Source of the DNA: a virus
Reading direction: 5' to 3' (one strand)
Length of the DNA: 64,000 bases
Virus record (IMG/VR): IMGVR_UViG_3300035698_027542
Location: 2,787-66,786 of that record
A program made the position numbers and the translations under genes. Positions within the stretch are counted from its first letter, which is position 1. Every line of letters begins with the position of its first letter. Below are positions 27,261 through 37,491 of this stretch, piece by piece. The notes below the pieces were generated by a model that was not told the origin of the DNA, ran no database searches, and saw only the letters and a list, made by a program, of their open reading frames with translations.

Positions 27261-27830
27261 TTAATTAAAATGAGGGTTATTAAGCTTTGTTGGCTCATGA
27301 ATAGGAATTTTTCTTCCGATACCTTCCTCTAACTGTCTTAAAGCCCCTTCTCTTCCCTGACTCGCATGATATAGTTCTCCTATCCCCTTAGGAAATGAAT
27401 CTTCTTTGCTTACGCCCGTACTTTTTCTATATTCTCTTGCAAGTCTTTCTCTTAATTTATCTCTTATATACTTATCACCAATCCAATCTATCCATGCCTT
27501 AATAACCTCCACTCTTCTTAAAGTCTCTGATCCACCTTCTTGCCTTCTTTTTTCACTCTCATCTCTTAATTTATTCCCTTCTTCAAATATTTGATCTCGT
27601 TCTAATTCATTTTGCCTAGCATGTGGCAAAGAATAAAATGGCACTTTATCAGTAATAGTTGGTCTGAAACGTGATCTATTTCTATTTCTTGGCTGTATTC
27701 TCTTAGTGTACATAGTATCTGGAACTTTTTTAATTGTATCTACCCATTCATCTTCCGTCTCAGGAGAATAAACACTACCCTCAAAAGTAGATTCTATCTT
27801 TTTATAATTTGATGTTTTTATTATTTTCAT
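27261..27830 (-). CDS. Hypothetical protein with MKIIKTSNYK leader
   Basis: 189-aa ORF. Confidence 0.65.
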   Translation of the reverse strand: MKIIKTSNYKKIESTFEGSVYSPETEDEWVDTIKKVPDTMYTKRIQPRNRNRSRFRPTITDKVPFYSLPHARQNELERDQIFEEGNKLRDESEKRRQEGGSETLRRVEVIKAWIDWIGDKYIRDKLRERLAREYRKSTGVSKEDSFPKGIGELYHASQGREGALRQLEEGIGRKIPIHEPTKLNNPHFN

Positions 27831-27989
27831 TTATAAATTTCTAAGATAATTTACAAGATTAACTCTTTTCTTTCCATTAGATGACACCACATCAACAATA
27901 ATTTTATTAAAATTATATCCTTTTCTCCAAGATACTAAATCCTTACTTGTCATGCTTCTAGCAAATTTTTCTGTTATAATTTCTCTCAT
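27831..27989 (-). CDS. Small protein (52 aa) with MREIITEKFA leader variant
   Basis: Manual translation; ATGA overlap with the upstream HNH gene; GAGG RBS. Confidence 0.55.
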   Translation of the reverse strand: MREIITEKFARSMTSKDLVSWRKGYNFNKIIVDVVSSNGKKRVNLVNYLRNL

Positions 27990-28699
27990 TTATAAACCTC
28001 TACATTATTTAACCATTCCTCTGTAGGTTGCCAATTCTCAATATTATCCTGCATATAATGTAATTCTCCATGACAATTCCTACAAAGAACTATACACTTA
28101 TCTATTTCTTCTAAAATAGTCTTATTAGAGAAAGACCTACTAACACACTCTGCTATAGTAAATTTCTTATCTTCTGGATTTAAGTGGTGAAATACCAAAC
28201 AAAACCACCTTTCTTCCTTACATTTGCTACATTCTTTTTCTTTTTTCATACTATCAACCCATTCTCTTTTATTCTTTCGATAAGTCCTTTTCCTTTTATT
28301 TATATTTTCTTTATTATTTTTTCTATAATTTTTAGCATTTTTTGCTTTTTGTTCTTTAAATTTTCTTGTTGTTTTTTTTATATTCTTATTATAATATTTT
28401 CTTTTAGCTGCCCTATCCTTCTCTTTTTGTTTCTCTTGTACGCATTCTTTATTTTCACAACATCTTTCTTTTAATTCTTTCATCTTAAATTTATTACCGC
28501 AATATTTACAAGTTGTCCTTCTTTTATAAATAGCTTCCTTATTATCTCTGCTATATTTTTTTCTTCTCTCCCTTTGAAAATTTTCAAAACACTCATCGGA
28601 GCAATAAATTCTTCTCTTTCCGCTAGATTTAAACTCTTCTCCACAATATTTACAATTCTTCATTAAATTCTTAATACTATTATCCATTTTAAACTCCAT
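27986..28699 (-). CDS. HNH homing endonuclease with N-terminal zinc fingers
   Basis: CSKC...LVFHH.NP..K...EIDKCIVLCRNCH. Confidence 0.8.
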   Translation of the reverse strand: MEFKMDNSIKNLMKNCKYCGEEFKSSGKRRIYCSDECFENFQRERRKKYSRDNKEAIYKRRTTCKYCGNKFKMKELKERCCENKECVQEKQKEKDRAAKRKYYNKNIKKTTRKFKEQKAKNAKNYRKNNKENINKRKRTYRKNKREWVDSMKKEKECSKCKEERWFCLVFHHLNPEDKKFTIAECVSRSFSNKTILEEIDKCIVLCRNCHGELHYMQDNIENWQPTEEWLNNVEVYK

Positions 28700-28812
28700 A
28701 AATAACTATCTCATATCTATGGAATTCAAATGATAATCATAAAAATCCTCTAATTATCTAGTAAATTTTTCAATATTTTTATGTTTAAAGAACTTTTTAC
28801 CTAGATATCTTT

Positions 28813-29583
28813 TTATCTACTCAACTGGTACCTACTTGGATAAGGATCTTCATCATTACGATCCATCCAATCAAATGGCTCATTCCTTAATTCTCTCCAG
28901 TAGTATCCTTCACCAACTCGTCCATCATTATTATAATTCTCTAACCCCTGTCTATATCTTCGTTGTTTCTGTTTCCCCTTTTCTCTTGATTTTAAACCAA
29001 ACCCAAAAGGAAATACTCTCTCTTGCATAGGTAATTCAAGACGAGTCCATGGTCCAGCAATACCTCCTGCTGTTTTAATCTCATATTGTGAAACCCTTTT
29101 TTTACCCATAGACGCTAGAGACAATAAATTAGAAATATATAATAATCGACTGATATTCCTACTGATCCAGTCAATAGAAATCTTATAATCTGGGATAGAA
29201 TAAATTTGACTTTTATTAAATGTTTTAATATCCCTAGACAATGCCTGAGAAATAATAGTATAATATTTAGATTTCTCAGAGCCATTAAAACAAAGAAGAT
29301 ATTTTGTCAGATCTTTTAAAGAAAAAATAAATAAATTTATCATATTATCATCAACTATCTCTGAAGAAAGAGGCTGTCCTTGAAGATTTTCTACTACTTC
29401 ATTCCACATGGTTGATAATAACTTTTTTTGTTGTTTTATAAAAGAACCTAACAAACGGACAGTCTTTATAACTCCTTGAACTTGCACATCTTCATTATTA
29501 TCGCATATCTGGCACTTCTTATTATTTATAAGTTTAATACCATAATAATTTAATTCTTTTTCTAATAATATCCATGTGTCCAT
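28813..29583 (-). CDS. Hypothetical protein
   Basis: 256-aa ORF. Confidence 0.6.
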   Translation of the reverse strand: MDTWILLEKELNYYGIKLINNKKCQICDNNEDVQVQGVIKTVRLLGSFIKQQKKLLSTMWNEVVENLQGQPLSSEIVDDNMINLFIFSLKDLTKYLLCFNGSEKSKYYTIISQALSRDIKTFNKSQIYSIPDYKISIDWISRNISRLLYISNLLSLASMGKKRVSQYEIKTAGGIAGPWTRLELPMQERVFPFGFGLKSREKGKQKQRRYRQGLENYNNDGRVGEGYYWRELRNEPFDWMDRNDEDPYPSRYQLSR

Positions 29584-29607
29584 GTTCTTAATTACACCAT
29601 TTTTAAA

Positions 29608-30576
29608 TTAGGTCATATCGGTTCTTTTCTTATACCTATTCAGAGCCTGTTCTTCGTCAACAAAACTAGCATCTTCTGGAGCATTTATCTCATCTATCAG
29701 ACGTTGCAATGTATCGCCTGGTTTTTCTCCGAGGGGTCTCCCCCTACTATCTAATTCTATAGCAGCATCAGCAACAGTCTTTGGAAGTTTTTTTTCTCCC
29801 ACGGGCTCTATTGCTTTAACTTTCTTATTTTTAGCTATTATCCCCTTTTTTTTTGTTTTTTTCTTTGTGAAAAGTTTTTTTTTGATAGCTTTCTTTTTTA
29901 CCTTTTTTTTCTTTGCTATCTTCTTTTTTGATTTTTTCTTGATTATCTTTTCCTCTCCATCAATAAAATCTATTTCTTCTTCAGTATTCCCTATATCAAC
30001 AATTTCTTCTGATTTAGGAACTTTTTGAGCTTCTTCTGTCTCTTTTGTTTTAAAATTCCATACAACAGGAGTTACTTCTCTGTCTTCTCCAGTTTTAAAG
30101 ATAACCTCTTCAGGTTTATCATCCTTACCTTTAATAGCTTTCTTTGCTTTTTTTGTTTTCTTGCTTTTAACCTTTTTAGCTTTTGAAACTGTTTTTTTCT
30201 TCTTTTTTATATAGGGCTCATCTCCTTCATCTGATAAAATAGTAATTTTACCATTCTCCGCTGCCATGACTATTAAAACATGTTTGGCATCATCTTTACT
30301 GATAGGTAAAGAACCATTAGGTCTTAAAGTTATTTTGCCCAAAACTAATACTTTTTCAGTATTATTTATAATAATTACATCGTGATCTTTCTGAAGTTCT
30401 TCTTCATTATAATCTTCATCTAACGGGATTAAAATACCTTTTCTAACAGCATCTTTAACATCATCTGCTCTTAAATCATTACCTGCAATAGATATAGTCA
30501 TATTGGCCCATATCGCTTCCCCGTATGTTGGTAATACACAACTACCTTGAAATTTTTCAGATACTTTGAAAATCAT
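29608..30576 (-). CDS. Lys-rich protein (histone H1-like tracts)
   Basis: KKK-rich runs flanked by acidic segments; AAGGAG RBS. Confidence 0.6.
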   Translation of the reverse strand: MIFKVSEKFQGSCVLPTYGEAIWANMTISIAGNDLRADDVKDAVRKGILIPLDEDYNEEELQKDHDVIIINNTEKVLVLGKITLRPNGSLPISKDDAKHVLIVMAAENGKITILSDEGDEPYIKKKKKTVSKAKKVKSKKTKKAKKAIKGKDDKPEEVIFKTGEDREVTPVVWNFKTKETEEAQKVPKSEEIVDIGNTEEEIDFIDGEEKIIKKKSKKKIAKKKKVKKKAIKKKLFTKKKTKKKGIIAKNKKVKAIEPVGEKKLPKTVADAAIELDSRGRPLGEKPGDTLQRLIDEINAPEDASFVDEEQALNRYKKRTDMT

Positions 30577-30627
30577 CTATTTCTCCTTATTCTGTAACAT
30601 AATATATATACATATTATCGGTTTTTT

Positions 30628-30667
30628 AAAAAAAAATAGCCACTATAAGTAAATAATAGTAGCTCTT
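30628..30667 (-). terminator. Intrinsic terminator
   Basis: AGCUACUAU/AUAGUGGCU stem followed by a long U-run. Confidence 0.6.
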
Positions 30668-30689
30668 TAATCAGAAATATTCTAAATTA

Positions 30690-31148
30690 TTACAATTTTA
30701 AATTTTTAATTAACGTATCTTTTTTAATTCTTTTAAAAATATTACCCTTACTATCTTGCATATTATGAGGACCAACATCTACGTTATCTAACCTAACCGA
30801 CTCAGCTTGACCTCCTATTGGCAATTTATCGTCATCAGTATTAAACTCGTCTTGAGCTACAAACCTATCTCCTAGTCCGTCATGACTATCTCCACCATCA
30901 TCCATTAGAACTGCTTCCCCTGGAATTTTACCATGAATCCTTTCATAATCAGAAGTCTCTTCAAGATCTGAGTCTTGACTTATCCCTCTTGGATATCCTG
31001 GCCTTTTATTCCCACCAAATTCAGGTTTAGCATTAACCAAACTTCTAGGATCTTTTTTATGATTTGAAGAGGGAGGACGAAGACCTTCGCTATAATCGTC
31101 CATTAGAGGAACCCCATGATTCCAAGATTTTTTAAACCAGTTACCCAT
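30690..31148 (-). CDS. Hypothetical protein with MGNWFKKS leader variant
   Basis: 152-aa ORF. Confidence 0.65.
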   Translation of the reverse strand: MGNWFKKSWNHGVPLMDDYSEGLRPPSSNHKKDPRSLVNAKPEFGGNKRPGYPRGISQDSDLEETSDYERIHGKIPGEAVLMDDGGDSHDGLGDRFVAQDEFNTDDDKLPIGGQAESVRLDNVDVGPHNMQDSKGNIFKRIKKDTLIKNLKL

Positions 31149-31150
31149 AA

Positions 31151-31390
31151 TTATCTCTTTATTGGTTCAAACTGAATATCAAACTGAATATTTGACTCGA
31201 TGGCAGTATGCAGAGAAGCATCTCCGCTTGCTTTATCCAATACCGTTTTTAACACTCTCTCTGCTGTATTTTTTTCTTTTTCATCTTCTATGTCTTGAGG
31301 AACCCACACATCAGCCTCTACACTAAAAGACCACCTTGATTTAGAATTCTGATTCTTTTGCGGATAGTTCCTACCAAACCAATTAGGCAT
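31151..31390 (-). CDS. Hypothetical protein with MPNWF leader variant
   Basis: 79-aa ORF. Confidence 0.6.
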   Translation of the reverse strand: MPNWFGRNYPQKNQNSKSRWSFSVEADVWVPQDIEDEKEKNTAERVLKTVLDKASGDASLHTAIESNIQFDIQFEPIKR

Positions 31391-32210
31391 TTTCTATGTC
31401 CCCTTCTGGGTAATTAGATCTTGCCTCCTCACAACTTTTAAATTCGTCTATTTTAGTGCCATCAGCCTCATATACCCCCGCTTTTCCCCCTTCATTTTTA
31501 ATAACGGGATCTCCAGTACCTCCAGAATATTCTAAAGATCTGCGAATAGGCTGAACCATTTGAGCAAATAATCTTGTTTTGCCAGCATTAATATCTATTA
31601 CTTGTTGTTTTTCTTCTTTGCTGAGATCTCTACCTTCTTTGGAAGCAATTGCATAGATATGGAATAACATAGCATCAGCATCTTTTATAGATGCCATCAC
31701 CATCTTATCAACTTTTTCTCCCTTAAATCTTTCAGGGTTATTAGGCAATTGACTACTAGAATCAGGAACCTTAACCTTAACCTTAGTAGGCATTCCTTCT
31801 TCCTCTAATTGGACTCCTACATATTTATCCCAAAATTCTGTATCTTTCTTTGCTGCTGCTTCTGATTTTTTAAATGCATCATTTTTTTTGTTATCAAGCT
31901 TTTGTGATTCAACATTAATATCCATTACTTGTTTTTTATCCTTAGAATTAAAATCTACTTCTTTCTTATCCATTTTCGCTTCGGTAATAGATGGTTCTGC
32001 TTCTACATTTTTTCTTGCCGTATTAAGCTGGACATTGAAAGGAACTGTATTATCTTTGTTCTTAACAGGTAAACTAAGGTTTATATTTTTACCAACCACT
32101 TTTTGCTGTTCGTTAGACAACCCCATTTTTTCCCTATTTTCCTGAATCCCCTTATTATTGATAACAGAATCTCCCGCATTTGCCTTCTTTATTAAATCTA
32201 TTTTTTTCAT
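31383..32210 (-). CDS. Putative head protein containing an MCP-like segment
   Basis: AQMVQPIRRSLEY versus MCP AQAMVEPIRRALEY. Confidence 0.65.
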   Translation of the reverse strand: MKKIDLIKKANAGDSVINNKGIQENREKMGLSNEQQKVVGKNINLSLPVKNKDNTVPFNVQLNTARKNVEAEPSITEAKMDKKEVDFNSKDKKQVMDINVESQKLDNKKNDAFKKSEAAAKKDTEFWDKYVGVQLEEEGMPTKVKVKVPDSSSQLPNNPERFKGEKVDKMVMASIKDADAMLFHIYAIASKEGRDLSKEEKQQVIDINAGKTRLFAQMVQPIRRSLEYSGGTGDPVIKNEGGKAGVYEADGTKIDEFKSCEEARSNYPEGDIENA

Positions 32211-32276
32211 TATTGAAATCCTCTTAAATGTTTGTAGTTATTTTATATTTCTAAAAGTAACAAATAATTCCTTTTT

Positions 32277-34232
32277 TTATCTTCCACGAGTTGCTCTCGA
32301 CCCAGGCGTTCCAGATACTCCTCTCATTCCACTTATATCCTTATACAACGCTGATCTATTTTCTAAAGCTTTCGCTACTTGTGCTCCGCTCCCAACTCCA
32401 AATATTCCTCCTTGCATACTTCTCCATACTTGCGAATTCCCTCCTGGATTCCCCAAATTGGCTAATCTTGCATGTGGAAGTTTGCTCATCTGTCTATCTA
32501 CTGCTATATAACATGCTCCTGCTATACAATCTATTACATCATCACTTTTTACTCCATCTCCTTCTTGTTTTGGTAGAACTTTAAATCCTGTTGCTGTAAA
32601 TTTCCTCTGAAGCTCAAGCATTTCATTATATAAAAGATGATCATATGGGATAGTTAATCTTCCAGTATTTATAAGATTCTCTAATTCTCTATAAATAAGA
32701 TTTTTGTAAATAGGTAAAAATTTTGTTTCTTTATTTGGTATACCTGCTTTTCTCATCTTTAAAATACTTTCCTGAGAAGTAAAAGCATCATAAGTAATTA
32801 ACCCTATATGAAACCTCCTTTTTAACCCTACAACATATTGTATTACTTCGTTAGGATTAATAGCCCCTGAAATAGGTGTCCAATATTTAATATGGTCAAC
32901 TACAACTCTATAATCAGCTTTTTTAGTTGCTTGATTTAAAAAATATTCCTTATGGACTACTGCTAAAGCATAATTATGGCTAGATGTAGCAGGATCCAAA
33001 TGGACAAAATAAACTTTTCCTGGTGAGCCTATAGAAACATTTTTTAAATTATGCCCTTTAAAACACGACTTAACCTGATCTTCTGTGAAGAAACTTTCAA
33101 GACCAGTTCCACTAAACTCTGCTCCAAATTCCATGTTAAATTCAGTCTCTGACATAGTGTTGTTATCCGATCTTAATGAGTCTCTAGTATGATATGGATT
33201 AACACTCCATGTTCCAAGCCTCATTGAAAGTCTTGTAGGAATATTTTTAGCAGTACTAAAAAGTTCATAAAATTTTCCTTCTTTAGCTCTTGGAGAAGAT
33301 ATGCTAATAACCTTACCATCATATATTCTTTGTTGAATTACTTTTTGTCCATGCTCATTAAGCACAAATTCCCCGTTCTCGTCCCTTGTGTAAATCTTTC
33401 TTACATAAGTTTGAACTGTAGGTGTAAGAGCCGCATAAATACGATCTCCAGATGAAGATCCCCCTGTTTGCTTATAAGAAGCAACCTCATCAAGAATAAG
33501 AACTATACAACCCATACCAAGCAATGAGTCAGAGTTACTATGACCAACAATAATTCCTATAGAACCCTTTCTTGTTGGTAGCCCCTTTTCTTTGAATTTT
33601 TTATTATTAATTTTATCTTGAGGAGTCAAAAGATAGATAGCTCCTGCAGCGATTCCATCTTTTAAATATTTATCTTTAAAATATTCGCTATAAAATATTT
33701 TTTCACGCATTTCAGAAAAAGCAAGATTAGCTTGAGCTTTTGAATTAGCAACTGTAAGTATATTAATAGTATTAGCAGAAGACAACTCATACATATTATA
33801 AGGATCTCCTCCTTCACATTCTAATAATTTCATTGCTTCGTAAAGAGCTATGATACTCACAATAAAATCCTTACCAGACCTTCTCCCCCATACTAGCACC
33901 AATTCTCTAAATAATTCTCCATTTTCATATTTTTCTAAAAAATTACCCTTGTCGTCCTCTTCTAGCCCTGCCTGTGCTATTATTTCTTTTTCTGAATCCG
34001 TCAATTTCAAATTTTCATTACCGATAGTCCCTCTGTAAAAAACTTTTAACATAATTTTTTGCATGGGAAATAAATTAAGAGGGTTAGTAGGGTGAAAAGG
34101 CAACCCTAACCACTCTTCATCTTCTACAAAAGTAATAATGTCTGGTATCTCTTTTTTAATATTTTTTTTGAGATCAGATTGTATGTCATCAATTAAATCT
34201 CCTACTAATTGTTTTTGTTTAGCTTTTGCCAT
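32277..34232 (-). CDS. terL: Terminase large subunit
   Basis: Walker A WGRRSGKD, Walker B LILDEVA, coupling motif ISSP, nuclease acidic residues HLDPA and DDVID. Confidence 0.9.
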   Translation of the reverse strand: MAKAKQKQLVGDLIDDIQSDLKKNIKKEIPDIITFVEDEEWLGLPFHPTNPLNLFPMQKIMLKVFYRGTIGNENLKLTDSEKEIIAQAGLEEDDKGNFLEKYENGELFRELVLVWGRRSGKDFIVSIIALYEAMKLLECEGGDPYNMYELSSANTINILTVANSKAQANLAFSEMREKIFYSEYFKDKYLKDGIAAGAIYLLTPQDKINNKKFKEKGLPTRKGSIGIIVGHSNSDSLLGMGCIVLILDEVASYKQTGGSSSGDRIYAALTPTVQTYVRKIYTRDENGEFVLNEHGQKVIQQRIYDGKVISISSPRAKEGKFYELFSTAKNIPTRLSMRLGTWSVNPYHTRDSLRSDNNTMSETEFNMEFGAEFSGTGLESFFTEDQVKSCFKGHNLKNVSIGSPGKVYFVHLDPATSSHNYALAVVHKEYFLNQATKKADYRVVVDHIKYWTPISGAINPNEVIQYVVGLKRRFHIGLITYDAFTSQESILKMRKAGIPNKETKFLPIYKNLIYRELENLINTGRLTIPYDHLLYNEMLELQRKFTATGFKVLPKQEGDGVKSDDVIDCIAGACYIAVDRQMSKLPHARLANLGNPGGNSQVWRSMQGGIFGVGSGAQVAKALENRSALYKDISGMRGVSGTPGSRATRGR

Positions 34233-34243
34233 TATTTTTCTCC

Positions 34244-34621
34244 TTAAGACACATCTGATATATTGCTAGGCGATATAGGATAACCAATAGTTGCCGATAT
34301 ATCTGCAAACGTAGATTTTACTTTTATTTTATTATCACTTAAAAAATCATCTACTGATACATATGTGTCAGTTATATATTTTTGTAATGCTACAACGTAT
34401 TTTAACATCTGTACAGTGTAAACATTATTTTTAGAAACAAGCAGATAATAAGTAGTATTAATTTGATTTTCTAATTTCTCTTTATTAGTATCCTCACTAG
34501 GTATTTCTGAATTATTAAGATCTGTCATCATTTGTTCCACATTAGAAACTATATCTACCCCTCTAACTTGAGCAGAATCAATTAAGTCTGTCATACTCTT
34601 ATATATATCTTCTATTTCCAT
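34244..34621 (-). CDS. Hypothetical protein
   Basis: 125-aa ORF upstream of terL. Confidence 0.6.
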   Translation of the reverse strand: MEIEDIYKSMTDLIDSAQVRGVDIVSNVEQMMTDLNNSEIPSEDTNKEKLENQINTTYYLLVSKNNVYTVQMLKYVVALQKYITDTYVSVDDFLSDNKIKVKSTFADISATIGYPISPSNISDVS

Positions 34622-34630
34622 TTTTTCTTT

Positions 34631-36547
34631 CTATGTGTAAATAATATTTGTAAAAATTCTTGCCGAATATTCTTTAGAAGTTGAAAGATTATATTGCCTA
34701 ATTCTAAAATAATATGTCTCACCTCTAGTCAAATATTCATTTACGCCTATTAGACTATCATACCTGCTTTCATATCTAACTTTTCGATCTATATAACTAG
34801 AAGTCACTCCGTTATATGTTAAAGGAACAAAAGTCTCTTTTTCTTTTTCATATGTCCAATTAGTAACCCCTATGCTATCTCTGTTAACAAGAATATTACT
34901 GAATAACGCATCATCAGAAACATCTAAAATAAAATGGTAATTAACAAATTCATTAGGACTATCATCATTAAGAACAAATTCAAATTCCCACCAGCCCTCC
35001 TCATATAAATTACCCTCTTCTATTGGTTCTGAAGAAGAAGTTATACCTGACAACAACCTACTAACCTTAAATCCCTGTTCTCCCAGATATTGATTAATAG
35101 AAGGAGTTATAATAGAATTACTAGCAGATATATATCTTAATGACGGAAACTCAAAAAGTTTATCTACAGTGCCCTTAATATTAGCTTCCCAAGTTTGACT
35201 ACTAATTAATAAATCATTAGCTGGGTAAATAAGTAACGCATAACCGAAATTATTACTAATTTCTTCCTCTCCGCTAACAGAAGGAGATGTTGGATCTAAT
35301 ATAGTTATATTCTCCTCGGTAGTTAAATCTACTATATCATAAACTACCTGCTGTAACTCTTGTTCTTTTTTATATAAGTGAGCTGCTGAAATAGCTAAAT
35401 CCTTAGAAATCATTTCCCATACTACATGTTCATTTATAACTTCTTCATCAATTATTTCTATTCCTGGAAAAGAACAAGTAGGCAATGGGTCTCCGAATAA
35501 AGTTATAGTCCAATCTAAATAAGGAACACTAAAATAAAATGCCTCACCTATAGTCGCCCCTCTTAATAAAGAATAGAAAAAAGAATTAGGATCTAAAAAT
35601 CCCGCAATGGTAGGGTCAGACATAGCCCCAGCAGTTGCCACATACCCAGCATTTAATGCTAAATACGGCCATCTCCTACCATTATCGCTTCTAACTTCAA
35701 AAGCTCCATCATAATCAGCATTATAAAAAAATATTCTTAAGGCATTACTATTCTGAAAAAACGAAGTGCTAGCCCTATCAGAGAACCAAGACCACACAAA
35801 AGAATCAGCATCTACAAAAGGGATAGTAGCATCGATATAAGGATCTTGAAAAGTTGTAGCCCATTGAGAAAGATTAAGAGTCGGAAGCATATTATCTTTA
35901 AAATCCAATAATAAATTAGTATAATCTTCTGCCCCTACTGTCGCTCTATCAGAATATGGATCAATATAAAAAGTCCCATTAACATTTTGTTGTTGGTCTA
36001 ACTTAATAGATTTGTCAACTATACTCTGAGCAAATTGTAAATTTGGACCATCTATTCTTGAAACAATTAAAGAAAATTCCGCATCAGTAGCATCGAATCT
36101 ACTAAACACCTGCCTCCCATATAATTTATTAGCTGTCTTTGAAGAAAATATATAATTTATTCTCGAAATACGAGAAGTAGCAGAAATAATATCCTCATTA
36201 CTAGGATTGTTATCGTAATATCCCCCAGGAATTTTATACCCTAAAACAATTCCCCATATATTCCTATCTTCTAATTCTGGAGCTTCTAGTGCTGCAGCTA
36301 TTGGCTCTTCCACATTAACAACAAATTGATCTTCTGTCAAGACTTCTGAAGTGATAATTGATTGGATACCTACTTTTTGACCGTCTATTTGCCAATATAC
36401 ACCATTAACCGTTGTCCCACTGCTAGCAGAAGGACTTGTATTAACTGTGCTCATCCCATGAGCATTAATGTAATAATTAGCAAAATCCTCACTATCTAAA
36501 TTACCATATATATACACTACTATAAAATTATCTGCTGTTATAGCCAA
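34631..36547 (-). CDS. TIGR03790-like protein
   Basis: A.YY...H, IVSRIDGP, G.FYIDP, ATAG.MSDP, G.TIGEA.Y.S.P.L.W....GDPL. Confidence 0.6.
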   Translation of the reverse strand: MAITADNFIVVYIYGNLDSEDFANYYINAHGMSTVNTSPSASSGTTVNGVYWQIDGQKVGIQSIITSEVLTEDQFVVNVEEPIAAALEAPELEDRNIWGIVLGYKIPGGYYDNNPSNEDIISATSRISRINYIFSSKTANKLYGRQVFSRFDATDAEFSLIVSRIDGPNLQFAQSIVDKSIKLDQQQNVNGTFYIDPYSDRATVGAEDYTNLLLDFKDNMLPTLNLSQWATTFQDPYIDATIPFVDADSFVWSWFSDRASTSFFQNSNALRIFFYNADYDGAFEVRSDNGRRWPYLALNAGYVATAGAMSDPTIAGFLDPNSFFYSLLRGATIGEAFYFSVPYLDWTITLFGDPLPTCSFPGIEIIDEEVINEHVVWEMISKDLAISAAHLYKKEQELQQVVYDIVDLTTEENITILDPTSPSVSGEEEISNNFGYALLIYPANDLLISSQTWEANIKGTVDKLFEFPSLRYISASNSIITPSINQYLGEQGFKVSRLLSGITSSSEPIEEGNLYEEGWWEFEFVLNDDSPNEFVNYHFILDVSDDALFSNILVNRDSIGVTNWTYEKEKETFVPLTYNGVTSSYIDRKVRYESRYDSLIGVNEYLTRGETYYFRIRQYNLSTSKEYSARIFTNIIYT

Positions 36548-36616
36548 ATTATATACCCTTATTTATCCATATACTCTTATAATATTTCGTTTTTATCTGC
36601 TTTTTCCCTTTAATAA

Positions 36617-36650
36617 ATAAAAAGCCCGAAGTATTTTACTACTTCGGGCT
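36617..36650 (-). terminator. Intrinsic terminator after dUTPase
   Basis: AGCCCGAAGUA/UACUUCGGGCU stem followed by U-run. Confidence 0.8.
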
Positions 36651-36683
36651 AGGGAGAGATTACGACTAAACGTAAACTATATT

Positions 36684-37460
36684 TCAAATTCCTGTGCTAC
36701 CAAAACCACCTGCTCCACGATCAGTCTCATCAAGTTCTTCTACTTCATCGAATATAGCTCTAGGAGCTAAAGATAACTTAACTTGACAAATCCTATCCCC
36801 TGGATTAATAATAAAATCTATATCGGAGTTATTAACAAAACTAACCATTATTTCTCCTCTATAATCGGAATCTACAATTCCTGGAGAGTTTCTAATAGAG
36901 ATTTGATTTTTAAATGATTGGCCACTTCTCGGACTAACCCTTAATTCATATCCTTTAGGAATAGCCATAGCAAGCCCTGTGCTAAGATTTTTTTGAGAAT
37001 GGGCAGGAACCCTAATAACTTGTCCTTCATCCACTACAGCGTGCATGTCAAAAGCTACGGCCCCATCTGTGTGATACTTTGGGACTGTTGCTCTAGGATC
37101 TAATTTTTTAACTTTTACGGGAACATTATTTACATAAGAATTATCTTTAAACATTTCAGCGCAACTGCTTTTCTCTTCTCCTAATTTCTCGTCATATTCT
37201 ATATTAAGTATTTTTTCTACCAAAATTTTATCTGGAATTATCTTTCTATCATTAAGTTGCAGAAGAACTTGAATTTCGCCCTCGCCCACTCCGTCTCTCC
37301 ATAAACTTTCTATTCTTTTTTTTACGTTAATTTTTTTTACATCAACCTCTTCTTCGACAGGTTTTTCTAAATCAACACCGATTATATTTAATAATTGTGT
37401 TTCATTTATAATCCTTCTATCACATAACTGCATTGCTAATTGAGCTTTCTGAGCATCCAT
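36684..37460 (-). CDS. dut: Trimeric dUTPase with ~110-aa N-terminal extension
   Basis: AFD, PRSG, GIVDSDYRGE, GDRICQ, RGAGGFGSTG. Confidence 0.92.
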   Translation of the reverse strand: MDAQKAQLAMQLCDRRIINETQLLNIIGVDLEKPVEEEVDVKKINVKKRIESLWRDGVGEGEIQVLLQLNDRKIIPDKILVEKILNIEYDEKLGEEKSSCAEMFKDNSYVNNVPVKVKKLDPRATVPKYHTDGAVAFDMHAVVDEGQVIRVPAHSQKNLSTGLAMAIPKGYELRVSPRSGQSFKNQISIRNSPGIVDSDYRGEIMVSFVNNSDIDFIINPGDRICQVKLSLAPRAIFDEVEELDETDRGAGGFGSTGI

Positions 37461-37491
37461 TTTTTACCTTTCATTTTAATATTTTTATATT

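Noticed and set aside
34244-34621. Terminase small subunit by position
   Set aside because: No recognisable HTH or TerS features
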